From positions 1-37,155 of IMG/VR virus record IMGVR_UViG_3300025018_000302: a DNA stretch of 37,155 nt. One strand, given 5' to 3'. The stretch comes from a virus. Lineage: Duplodnaviria > Caudoviricetes. A model generated the notes under the pieces. That model was given only the letters and a program-made list of their open reading frames with translations. It ran no database searches and was not told the origin of the DNA. This document shows positions 26,444 through 34,123 of this stretch, piece after piece. Made by a program: the position numbers and the translations under genes. The first letter of the stretch is position 1, and each line of letters opens with the position of its first letter.

Positions 26444-27892
26444 ATGGAACACTTAAATAAAATAAAGGTTACAAAGTCAGTTAAGAATTCAGGTCTTTTT
26501 ATAGATAAGCTTCACGCAAATACATCAAAAGGATTGACTGAAAATGGGGCGGTGACTTTCACTGATTCCGGTTCAGCCCTTCTTAACTTTTATGCACAAG
26601 CCGGTGCGATGCGGAAGAATCCTGATAAGGCTTTGGCACTTTTCCAAAAAGCTTTTGGTGAAGACCGATTGAAGGCAATAAAGGTTCTCTTTTACTTGCG
26701 TGATGTGCGTGGTGGTCAAGGTGAGCGTGATCTATTCCGCACCTGTCTTGAATGGTTGGGCGGTAATCATCGTGATGTATTTGAAAACATCCTTCAGTTT
26801 ATTTCTGAATATGGGCGTTGGGATGATATGTTCTTTGACAATGAAATTGTTATTGAACACATCCGAATGCAATTGGAAGTGGATAAGAATTCTGAAACAC
26901 CTTCATTGCTTGCCAAGTGGATGCCGACAATAAACGCATCAAGTCAGAAGACACGAGCAAAGGCACGATGGTTTGCTGAAAATCTTGGAATGGGTGATAT
27001 CGAATATCGCCGGATCATTCGTGGTATTCGTAAGCAGATTAAGACTGTTGAAGAGCAGATGTCAGCAAGGAAGTGGGAAGGTATTGAATACAGCCACGTT
27101 CCTTCACAGGCTTCACGAATTTACCGGAATGCGTTTCGCAAGCATGATGAAGCCCGCTATAATTCTTTCATTGAAAAGGCTGAAAAGGGTGAAGTGAAGA
27201 TCAATGCTTCAACACTGTACCCATATCAGATCTATGATTCAGTACAACGTGACTACTCAAAGACACTTGAAGCCCTTTGGAATCAGCTTCCTGATTACAC
27301 AATGGGAAAGAATGCCCTTGTAGTTGCGGATGTGTCCGGTTCAATGAGTGGTCAGCCAATGTCAGTATCAGTATCACTTGCCTTGTACTTTTCCGAACGA
27401 AATCAGGGGTACTTTGAAGACTGCTTCATCACCTTTTGCGGTAATCCAAAGCTTCAGAAGATTCGTGGTGCTTCCCTTCGTGAACGCATGAATAACCTAG
27501 AACAAGCTGATTGGGAAATGAACACCAATCTTCAGGCGGTCTTTGACCTTGTACTTGATACAGCGGTTGATAACAACATTGAAGAAAGCGAACTTCCTGA
27601 AACGATTTATATCATTTCAGATATGGAATTCGATCAAGCTTGTGAAGATCACACCAACATGGAAGTGATTAAGGCGAAGTACCTTGAAGCCGGTTATAAG
27701 TGTCCAAACCTTGTGTTTTGGAACGTAAATGCAAGCGGTGAGAACTTGCCCGCCCGCCACAATGATCAAGGGGTTGCCCTTGTATCAGGTCTTTCACCGG
27801 TTATCTTTAAGATGGCTGTTGAGAATAAGTCACCAGTCGAAGTGATGGAAGACACAATTAATTCAGAACGCTATGAGCGAATCACCATCTAA
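26444..27892 (+). CDS. DUF2828 family protein (helical N-terminal region + vWA domain; Ro60/TROVE-like architecture)
   Basis: TENGA, LFYLRDVRGGQGER, EYGRWDD, LLAKWMP, YSHVPS, TLYPYQI, VADVSGSM (MIDAS), NTNLQAVFDLVL, IISDMEFDQA, LVFWN; ATG at 26444 preferred over the TTG inside unit 4. Confidence 0.9.
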   Translation: MEHLNKIKVTKSVKNSGLFIDKLHANTSKGLTENGAVTFTDSGSALLNFYAQAGAMRKNPDKALALFQKAFGEDRLKAIKVLFYLRDVRGGQGERDLFRTCLEWLGGNHRDVFENILQFISEYGRWDDMFFDNEIVIEHIRMQLEVDKNSETPSLLAKWMPTINASSQKTRAKARWFAENLGMGDIEYRRIIRGIRKQIKTVEEQMSARKWEGIEYSHVPSQASRIYRNAFRKHDEARYNSFIEKAEKGEVKINASTLYPYQIYDSVQRDYSKTLEALWNQLPDYTMGKNALVVADVSGSMSGQPMSVSVSLALYFSERNQGYFEDCFITFCGNPKLQKIRGASLRERMNNLEQADWEMNTNLQAVFDLVLDTAVDNNIEESELPETIYIISDMEFDQACEDHTNMEVIKAKYLEAGYKCPNLVFWNVNASGENLPARHNDQGVALVSGLSPVIFKMAVENKSPVEVMEDTINSERYERITI

Positions 27893-27911
27893 ATTTCGTA
27901 CAATCAAAATC

Positions 27912-27957
27912 CTTGAAGAGGACTATTTGCGAATTCGTAAGTGGTCAGCCCTTCAAG
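27912..27957 (+). other. RNA hairpin 3' of the DUF2828 gene
   Basis: CTTGAAG/CTTCAAG outer stem; GACTATTTGCG-AATT-CGTAAGTGGTC inner stem with three G-U pairs on the sense strand. Confidence 0.6.
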
Positions 27958-28038
27958 ATAAAAAAATGTATGAGGTGGTGCATGATCGTTGTAAGCGAAG
28001 AAAGAATTGCAGTTGTTTAATCGGTAATAAATAAATCT

Positions 28039-28335
28039 ATGGGTGAAACAGTAAGACTACAACCATACTTAGTCATTACAGACAAAGTTAGAACATGGGG
28101 GTATCGGGTATCAAGCACATATCCAAAGCTTGAATCAAATGAAATCGTCATTCGTCTTTCACTAGAAATACCTAGAAAGTATTTTGAGAAACCAACGCTT
28201 CAAGCAAACATCACGCTTCCTGAAGGAAAGGCACAAGTAATTGAAGCTGAAACTATCAGCCAAGTGGAAGAGATGATTAAACAAGGTTTAGGTATCACAG
28301 TGAACCTGAATGTTGTTGAGCCGGAATCTGAATAA
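28039..28335 (+). CDS. Hypothetical protein
   Basis: ORF with AT-rich leader in plus-strand operon. Confidence 0.65.
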   Translation: MGETVRLQPYLVITDKVRTWGYRVSSTYPKLESNEIVIRLSLEIPRKYFEKPTLQANITLPEGKAQVIEAETISQVEEMIKQGLGITVNLNVVEPESE

Positions 28336-28338
28336 GAT

Positions 28339-28500
28339 ATGTCACAAAGAATCCTTTTAGGACTTGAAGAGTTTGACCAGTTGACTTCAGGAAAGATAAT
28401 TGAAGTTGATGGTGTACAAATTGCCCTTCAGGACATCGGCTATAACACCATGCTTCAACTTATCAACGATAAAAAGAAAGCACTTTATGTCAACAACTGA
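28339..28500 (+). CDS. Hypothetical 53-aa protein, not in ORF track
   Basis: Manual translation MSQRILLGLEEFDQLTSGKIIEVDGVQIALQDIGYNTMLQLI... Confidence 0.55.
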   Translation: MSQRILLGLEEFDQLTSGKIIEVDGVQIALQDIGYNTMLQLINDKKKALYVNN

Positions 28501-28705
28501 TGGAATGAATTTCCCAAAATTCATGGAAGATGCGGTGAAGGCTCAAATTGAAAAAGAAGCTGAATCCTTAATAAAGGAAGCTTCAGAAAAGTTAATTGAA
28601 AGAATGCCTGAAATCGTTGCACGAACAACCATAGAAGTGATGAAGTTTGCTGAATTCCAAACCATGCAAGATCGTGTGGTATTCACAATTAAAAATAATC
28701 AATAA
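28487..28705 (+). CDS. Hypothetical protein
   Basis: MSTTDGMNFPKF... start reset to ATG 28487; TAATG coupling to helicase gene. Confidence 0.55.
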   Translation: MSTTDGMNFPKFMEDAVKAQIEKEAESLIKEASEKLIERMPEIVARTTIEVMKFAEFQTMQDRVVFTIKNNQ

Positions 28706-29973
28706 TGAACCTATACGCACATCAACAAAAGATTGTGGGTGAAAACCCAATGAGAACCGGTCTTTGGTTGGGTACAGGTTCAGGTAAAACTAGAACCGCC
28801 CTCGCATTAGCTGAAGGGCGGGTTTTAGTAATATGTCCAAAGACTCAAAGGGATGATGGTAATTGGCAAAGGGAAGCTGAAAAGATGGGTCTTGATATTG
28901 AATTGACAGTAATGTCTAAAGAAGAGTTTCGAAGGGATGTTGATAAGCTTGTGGATATGGGGACAACTTTTGACACGATCATTGTTGATGAAGCTCACAC
29001 CTGTCTTGGTGTCACCCCCAACACCCACCAAAAGAACCGCATGCAACGCCCTAAAGCTTCACAACTGTTTTATGCCTTGAAGGGGTATGTGCAGTTTTGT
29101 CAGCCGAAAAGACTATATTTAGTGACCGCAACAGTGGTGAAGTCACCAATGACAGTGTGGGGTGCGGGCGTTATTTTGGGAAAGTATTCAATGGATTCCT
29201 TTTATAAGTTCCGCAATATCTATTACACCAAATTGCCAATGGCGGGGCGTGAAGTGTATGTGCCGAAGCACAATCTTGAAACCAAAGAACGCCTTGCACG
29301 AGCCGTTAATAGTTTGGGATATGTAGGTCAGCTATCTGATTATTTCGATGTGCCGGATCAGACCTTTAAGAATGAATTTGTTGATTTAACGGCTGAACAG
29401 GTGAAAGCCATTAAGGAATCAAAGACTGATTACCCCGATCCATTGGTACAGATCGGAAAGATCCATCAGATTGAAAACGGCGTGTTAGCCGGTGATGAAT
29501 ACAATGATCCGCAAGCTTTCAAGGAAAACAAAACCGCCCGCTTGCTTGAATATGCGATTGAGTTTCCCCGCATGATTGTCTTTGCGAAGTACACCCAACA
29601 GATCAATCTGCTTGCGAAGGCATTCCAAAAGGAAGGCAAAAAGGTTTTTCTTCTTACCGGCAAGACAAACAACCGGAAGGAACTATTTGAAGAAGTGAAC
29701 GCTTGTGAAGATTATGTGCTGATAGCACAGGCACAGGTTTCAGCCGGATGGGAAGTGCCGGATTGTCCGGTGATGATTTTTGCATCCCGCACTTACAGCT
29801 TTGTTGATTACGATCAAGCACAGGGGCGTATTCTTAGAGCAAACCGGCTGAAGAAGAATCTTTATATCAATCTGATTGCTAAAGGTGGGGTTGATAAAGC
29901 TGTTCATGATGCGTTGGTTAATAAGAAGGATTTCAGTGAAAAGGTTTATGCTGAAGGTAATAATCTCGGATAG
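28705..29973 (+). CDS. SF2 (SNF2-like) helicase
   Basis: GTGSGKT, IIVDEAH, VTAT, VSAGWE, QAQGRILR motifs I-VI. Confidence 0.9.
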   Translation: MNLYAHQQKIVGENPMRTGLWLGTGSGKTRTALALAEGRVLVICPKTQRDDGNWQREAEKMGLDIELTVMSKEEFRRDVDKLVDMGTTFDTIIVDEAHTCLGVTPNTHQKNRMQRPKASQLFYALKGYVQFCQPKRLYLVTATVVKSPMTVWGAGVILGKYSMDSFYKFRNIYYTKLPMAGREVYVPKHNLETKERLARAVNSLGYVGQLSDYFDVPDQTFKNEFVDLTAEQVKAIKESKTDYPDPLVQIGKIHQIENGVLAGDEYNDPQAFKENKTARLLEYAIEFPRMIVFAKYTQQINLLAKAFQKEGKKVFLLTGKTNNRKELFEEVNACEDYVLIAQAQVSAGWEVPDCPVMIFASRTYSFVDYDQAQGRILRANRLKKNLYINLIAKGGVDKAVHDALVNKKDFSEKVYAEGNNLG

Positions 29974-30078
29974 ACGAGTTGCCCGCCCCTGTCCCCCTTC
30001 CCCACCGATGGATCACTTAAAAGTGCCAAAATAGCCTTGTTTAGAAGGGTAAGGGGGTGGGGAAGTGGATAACCGAAC

Positions 30079-30107
30079 TTTACTGATTGCGTACATAACG
30101 CTATAAT
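30079..30107 (+). promoter_or_regulatory. Promoter with a 13-bp operator-like site in its spacer
   Basis: TTTACT-N17-TATAAT; GCGTACATAACGC at 30089-30101. Confidence 0.7.
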
Positions 30108-30116
30108 TTAGAGACT

Positions 30117-30629
30117 ATGAAAGATGTAATGATAGATATTGAAACAATGGGGACTCGTGCAACGTCAGCTATTGTTCAAATTGGGGCATGTTATTTTGAC
30201 CGCAAGACAGGTGAAATTGGTGATGTATTCACCATCAATATTGAACACTTGGATGATACTTTTACAGTGGATCACTCAACAATTAATTGGTGGTTGAATC
30301 AATCTGAAGAAGCACGAAAATCAATTTCAGTGTTTGGTGTCAGTATTGATAATGCAATGCGACAATTAAGAGAATTTTTGAAAGATGGTGAATTTCTTTG
30401 GTCACATGCGACATTCGATGTGCCGATAATTCAGAACTCTTTTGAGAAATGCAGGATGAAGAACCCAATTCCTTATCGTGGAATGCGTGACATTAGAACC
30501 TTGATGGATCTAGCAGATCATCGAAGTGAAACTGAACGTGAAGGGACTCACCACGATGCCCTTGATGATTGTAAGTTCCAAGTGGTGTACTGTGTCGAAG
30601 CGTTAAATAAATTACATGGAATTTCTTGA
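30117..30629 (+). CDS. DEDDh 3'-5' exonuclease (Rv2179c / exonuclease VIII N-terminal-like)
   Basis: MIDIETMG, AIVQIGA, FDVPII, RDIRT, HHDALDD. Confidence 0.85.
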   Translation: MKDVMIDIETMGTRATSAIVQIGACYFDRKTGEIGDVFTINIEHLDDTFTVDHSTINWWLNQSEEARKSISVFGVSIDNAMRQLREFLKDGEFLWSHATFDVPIIQNSFEKCRMKNPIPYRGMRDIRTLMDLADHRSETEREGTHHDALDDCKFQVVYCVEALNKLHGIS

Positions 30630-31266
30630 TGAACAAATAAAAGCACATCTTGCTGTTGGTAGAAACATGAAGCCGGAAGCAATGATTGAAATATTGGAAA
30701 ATAAAGCCAAAGATATTTGTGCTGAATTTGCTGATTTCACTGATGGTTATCGGGTGATTCAATTAATTCTTAGAAAGTCTGATGGCGGGGGTACGAATAA
30801 TGACAAAGTGCGAAAGTATATTTCAACCAATCCACAAGAATTTTACGAGAATATTTTGAAGTGTTTAAAGTATGATTTCTGTTCTGAAAAGAAGTTCCGT
30901 ATTTACTCAACAGTGAATGTCCGTAATGTTGATAAAGCTATTCGTGAGTTTAAAACACTTCAGTTGAATGCTGATTATGATCCTAATCATATTCGAAATG
31001 ACTTTTACAATGATACCCGCAATCGGTGGATTAGTGCTTTGATGAAACCATCATGCAAAGCCACTTCTTTCTTTTTGATTGATGTTGACCATGACAGCCC
31101 TAGTGAAGCCGGTGAAAAGCTTCAGGCATTGGGTATCGCTACACACAAAGTGTACCGGACAAAGAATGGTTGGCACTTCATCACTGATCCCTTCGATCCA
31201 TCTTTAATGGCGGGGTTGAAAGATACAGGTGTGCAAAAGGATAGTCTTTTATTACTTCACTTTTAA
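30616..31266 (+). CDS. Hypothetical protein, possible AEP/primase-like fold
   Basis: FLIDVD and RTKNGWH motifs (DxD + H). Confidence 0.5.
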   Translation: MEFLDEQIKAHLAVGRNMKPEAMIEILENKAKDICAEFADFTDGYRVIQLILRKSDGGGTNNDKVRKYISTNPQEFYENILKCLKYDFCSEKKFRIYSTVNVRNVDKAIREFKTLQLNADYDPNHIRNDFYNDTRNRWISALMKPSCKATSFFLIDVDHDSPSEAGEKLQALGIATHKVYRTKNGWHFITDPFDPSLMAGLKDTGVQKDSLLLLHF

Positions 31267-31269
31267 AAT

Positions 31270-31539
31270 ATGAGTACCCAAGATTTATTAAACGAACGAG
31301 ATAAAACACATGGTTCTTTTATCGTGAACAGTCGGGTGTCGCAAGCACTCAAAGATGTGATTCGTGCTGAAGCCGGATATCAGCAATTGGATATCATTCA
31401 TCGGGAAGCTTTTGATCACATCTTTGGGAAGATTGGCAGAATTATGGCGGGACAACCGGAATTTGATGATCATTGGGATGATATCGCCGGCTATGCACAG
31501 CTTCCTAAGAAATTTAATCATGGCAAAGGCGAAAACTAA
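31270..31539 (+). CDS. DUF6378-like phage protein
   Basis: LNERDKTHG...KIGRI..G...DHWDDIAGYA. Confidence 0.75.
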   Translation: MSTQDLLNERDKTHGSFIVNSRVSQALKDVIRAEAGYQQLDIIHREAFDHIFGKIGRIMAGQPEFDDHWDDIAGYAQLPKKFNHGKGEN

Positions 31540-31699
31540 GGCTGATTTTCCGCCGGACAAAGCCCTGTCACAGTGTGAAAAATGTTTAAAAATCAAAGTG
31601 CGGTCTTTCTATAAGAAGCGGGACTTCATCAAAGAAAGCATTTGTGAACTTCCATCATTACCAAAAATAATTTGTTACGCTTGTAAACAACATGATTAA
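31520..31699 (+). CDS. Small zinc-finger-like protein
   Basis: MAKAKT...CEKC...CYAC; start reset to ATG 31520. Confidence 0.5.
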   Translation: MAKAKTKADFPPDKALSQCEKCLKIKVRSFYKKRDFIKESICELPSLPKIICYACKQHD

Positions 31700-32084
31700 G
31701 TATATTTTAGCCGTTTTAGTTTTTGTTCAGGTACTTAATTTTGTACTACCTGACAAAGAAGTTATCACCCTTCGTGAAGAAGTTGAGAAGTTTAAATTCG
31801 CTGATCGCTTTCAGGTGTACGACAATAAAGTTGTGCCGGAATATTATAAAGACAATCGCCGGATAGTTTGGATATACGATAAGGAAGAAGTGGATGCTGA
31901 ATTTGAAGCATACGAGAAAAGAACCAGCACTAAGGTCAAAGGGCTTTCAAGCATGAATGATGAAGCGTGCGTGATTCACGCTTATGAACCTGAATTCATT
32001 GGCGATGATTACATGGACACTTTGGGTCATGAATTTTATCACTGTATGCGGGGTAAGTTCCATTATCAGCAATCGTATGATTAA
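31692..32084 (+). CDS. Membrane-anchored or secreted HExxH protein
   Basis: N-terminal hydrophobic segment; TLGHEFYHC. Confidence 0.6.
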   Translation: MIKYILAVLVFVQVLNFVLPDKEVITLREEVEKFKFADRFQVYDNKVVPEYYKDNRRIVWIYDKEEVDAEFEAYEKRTSTKVKGLSSMNDEACVIHAYEPEFIGDDYMDTLGHEFYHCMRGKFHYQQSYD

Positions 32085-32463
32085 GAAAGAAGCGAAGTTT
32101 GCAATTCTTTTCCGGCATTGGCTGAAGGCGAATCCGATAAGAATATCTTGCACGCTTGAAATCAAAGATACTCGTGGAAGAAAATCACTTCCCTTTTGTG
32201 AATTAAAGGAAGATCAGATTAATTGGGGCATGGCTATCAAAAGTAAGAAGGGGGTTTTGATGCGAAATCAGGGCGGGCATGGTGAGCCTGACTATACTTA
32301 TCACTTCAATGAGCCGGCTTTTGTGGTCATTAACTATACCGGTCTTGGTTTTGTGATCATTGATATTGAAACATTTGTGATGGAACGTGACCGGAACACC
32401 AAAGTGAAATCACTCACATGGCAACGTGCTTGTGATATCGCCATTATTGAAGAGCATTATTAA
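32077..32463 (+). CDS. PD-(D/E)XK-like nuclease, possible Holliday junction resolvase
   Basis: KKEAKF, LEIKDT, KEDQ, EPD, AFVVINY; start reset to ATG 32077. Confidence 0.5.
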   Translation: MIKKEAKFAILFRHWLKANPIRISCTLEIKDTRGRKSLPFCELKEDQINWGMAIKSKKGVLMRNQGGHGEPDYTYHFNEPAFVVINYTGLGFVIIDIETFVMERDRNTKVKSLTWQRACDIAIIEEHY

Positions 32464-32573
32464 CCTTCACATGAGGTGCAAACACCTTCATCACCGGCTT
32501 TGCGATGGATGCGGGGCTTTGGTGTTTCCTGACCTTCAAAAAAATCATCCATTGAGTTTTCTTCTTTTTCCAT
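32460..32573 (-). CDS. 37-aa acidic peptide ending CTSCEG; not in ORF track
   Basis: Manual translation MEKEENSMDDFFEGQETPKPRIHRKAGDEGVCTSCEG; AT-rich leader. Confidence 0.6.
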   Translation of the reverse strand: MEKEENSMDDFFEGQETPKPRIHRKAGDEGVCTSCEG

Positions 32574-32654
32574 ATTAAATAGTTAGTTAATAAAGGGCGT
32601 GTGTTAAACGCCCTTGCGGTCTGTTCCCGCCGTCAAGATTTAGATCACCCCCTT

Positions 32655-32828
32655 TCAGCGTGGATTGCATTTCGGACAGTAGCAGTAGCCGAGATTTCCA
32701 CAAAGCTTCACTTCATCCGGTGTGACCGGTTGTGGTTGTGCCGACAACGGAAAATCGAACGCATATTGTTCAGCTTTCCGAAACCTTTCATCCAGCGGTA
32801 ATTCGGGTTGATTAGGAACATCGTTCAT
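32655..32828 (-). CDS. 57-aa protein with Cys-rich C-terminus; not in ORF track
   Basis: Manual translation MNDVPNQPEL...KLCGNLGYCYCPKCNPR; preceded by GGGAGAAAGG. Confidence 0.5.
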   Translation of the reverse strand: MNDVPNQPELPLDERFRKAEQYAFDFPLSAQPQPVTPDEVKLCGNLGYCYCPKCNPR

Positions 32829-32872
32829 TACCTTTCTCCCATGTTGGTTGAACTTCCTATTATTCTATCATG

Positions 32873-32940
32873 TAGCGGGTGAAAGAATTGAACTTTCTTG
32901 CAATGTTTATGAGACATCACATCAAACCATTTGACCCGCC
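32873..32940 (-). tRNA. tRNA(CAT) (Met or Ile2) with shortened D arm
   Basis: GGCGGGT/ACCCGCT+A acceptor; GATGT-CTCATAA-ACATT anticodon arm; GAAAG-TTCAATT-CTTTC T arm; only 15 nt for the D region; no encoded CCA. Confidence 0.75.
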
Positions 32941-32964
32941 ATAACCCCGAAGGGTTATTGATGA

Positions 32965-33609
32965 TTAAAAATCATCACCTTTCTTCCCACCTTCACTTTT
33001 TTCAGCGAATTTTGGAAGGATATTTTCTTTGGTGTATTCGATTAGAAAATCTTCAACTTCGCCAAAGTATGCCTTCCACTTATTCTTAGTGTACTTTTCA
33101 GTATCACCTTTTGGTGTAGGGAAACCATTGATATCTTTCTTTCCATCCCAAAAGAAGTTTGTCACCTTTGGTGCTTCTTTATCCTGTTCGATACCTTCAG
33201 AAATTGAAACACCCTTGATCGCTTTGCCCTTATCACCCTCGAATGAGAATGGTGAAAGCCGGTAATCCTTTGAAAAATCCATCGCCGGAAGTTTCTTCAT
33301 CAAATCAATACCGAAGTTGTTTGATGCGTTGGTTGAGATTGTTAAATCTCCTTCTTCATCAGTGATTGTGATCTGAAGCAAAGTTCCAAACTTTGTATCA
33401 GCGAAAGAAACATTGCTGACCTTTCCTGAAAGTGCCTTGAAGACAATTTCATTCTTAGTCTTAGTGGTTTCTTCCTTCGTCTTTTCGTCTGTCACTGTGT
33501 ACTCACGCTTTACTGCACCTTCAGTCCCTTCAGGAACGGTCAACCGAAGTGAACCGTCACTTGAAAGAATTGATACAAACTCTTTTGAGTTATCTTTTTC
33601 TCGTGCCAT
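32965..33609 (-). CDS. Putative single-stranded DNA-binding protein
   Basis: Beta-rich core and acidic-aromatic C-terminal tip GDDF. Confidence 0.5.
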   Translation of the reverse strand: MAREKDNSKEFVSILSSDGSLRLTVPEGTEGAVKREYTVTDEKTKEETTKTKNEIVFKALSGKVSNVSFADTKFGTLLQITITDEEGDLTISTNASNNFGIDLMKKLPAMDFSKDYRLSPFSFEGDKGKAIKGVSISEGIEQDKEAPKVTNFFWDGKKDINGFPTPKGDTEKYTKNKWKAYFGEVEDFLIEYTKENILPKFAEKSEGGKKGDDF

Positions 33610-33684
33610 ATTTATTTTTGTACTTATTTATAATTTCTTCAGAAATTATCGCTAATCCCTAAAGCTGTTATTCACAGTTCCATA

Positions 33685-33723
33685 ATAATATCAATTGTGC
33701 GTTATGTACGCAAATGGTAAACT
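33685..33723. promoter_or_regulatory. Overlapping divergent promoters sharing one operator-like site
   Basis: Minus: TTGCGT(33713-33708)-N17-TATTAT. Plus: TTGTGC(33695-33700)-N17-TAAACT. Both have extended TG; GCGTTATGTACGC at 33699-33711. Confidence 0.7.
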
Positions 33724-33727
33724 GTTG

Positions 33728-33813
33728 ATACAGCCGGTGAGGAACATTGAAGAATTAATTCAATCACTCCTTATGTATATACGCACCACCACTTATTGCT
33801 TCACCGGCTGTAT
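33728..33813 (+). ncRNA. Unassigned structured RNA immediately 5' of tmRNA
   Basis: 13-bp perfect stem ATACAGCCGGTGA/TCACCGGCTGTAT enclosing an ATTGAA/TTCAAT hairpin; starts at predicted +1. Confidence 0.5.
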
Positions 33814-33815
33814 AT

Positions 33816-34113
33816 GGGCTTGCAAGGCTTCGACAGTCTTTGGAAACTCATCATTCAAGGGGAAACGCATCAATTCCTTAAAAGGTGCAAAGCATAATTG
33901 CAAAAGCAATTCCAAGTCCTTACAGTCAATTTCTCGGTTTACCGGTAATGGTGTAAGTGTCCGGTGGTCTTTCCCACATTGGGATCACAAGGGCATTATA
34001 TAAATGTGGTGATGGCAATTAAAAATTGCAACGAACGCAAGAACACCAATCAACCTTGTATAAGATGATGTGCGAAAGAAGACTGGACTGGGATTCAATT
34101 TCCCACAAGTCCA
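33816..34113 (+). ncRNA. ssrA: tmRNA; predicted tag (A)AKAIPSPYSQFLGLPVMV
   Basis: GGGCTTG/CAAGTCC+A acceptor with G3-U70; GGCTTCGAC 5' motif; P2 CAGTCTT/AAGACTG; GAC then T arm TGGGA-TTCAATT-TCCCA; PK1 AAGGGG/TTCCTT + GCATC/GGTGC; ATAATT-GCA resume site, tag 33900-33956. Confidence 0.92.
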
Positions 34114-34123
34114 CTAACAATCT

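Noticed and set aside
25963-27933. 11-nt direct repeat CTATTTGCGAA (25963-25973 and 27923-27933) flanking the array + DUF2828 cassette, as an insertion scar
   Set aside because: Repeated 11-mers are expected by chance in 37 kb and each copy has another explanation (promoter -35, hairpin arm); needs an empty-site relative to test
32601-32801. 66-aa plus-strand ORF
   Set aside because: Antisense to a coherent minus-strand unit (SSB, tRNA, two small ORFs)
33695-34003. 102-aa ORF from the track
   Set aside because: Overlaps promoters and the tmRNA; no protein motif
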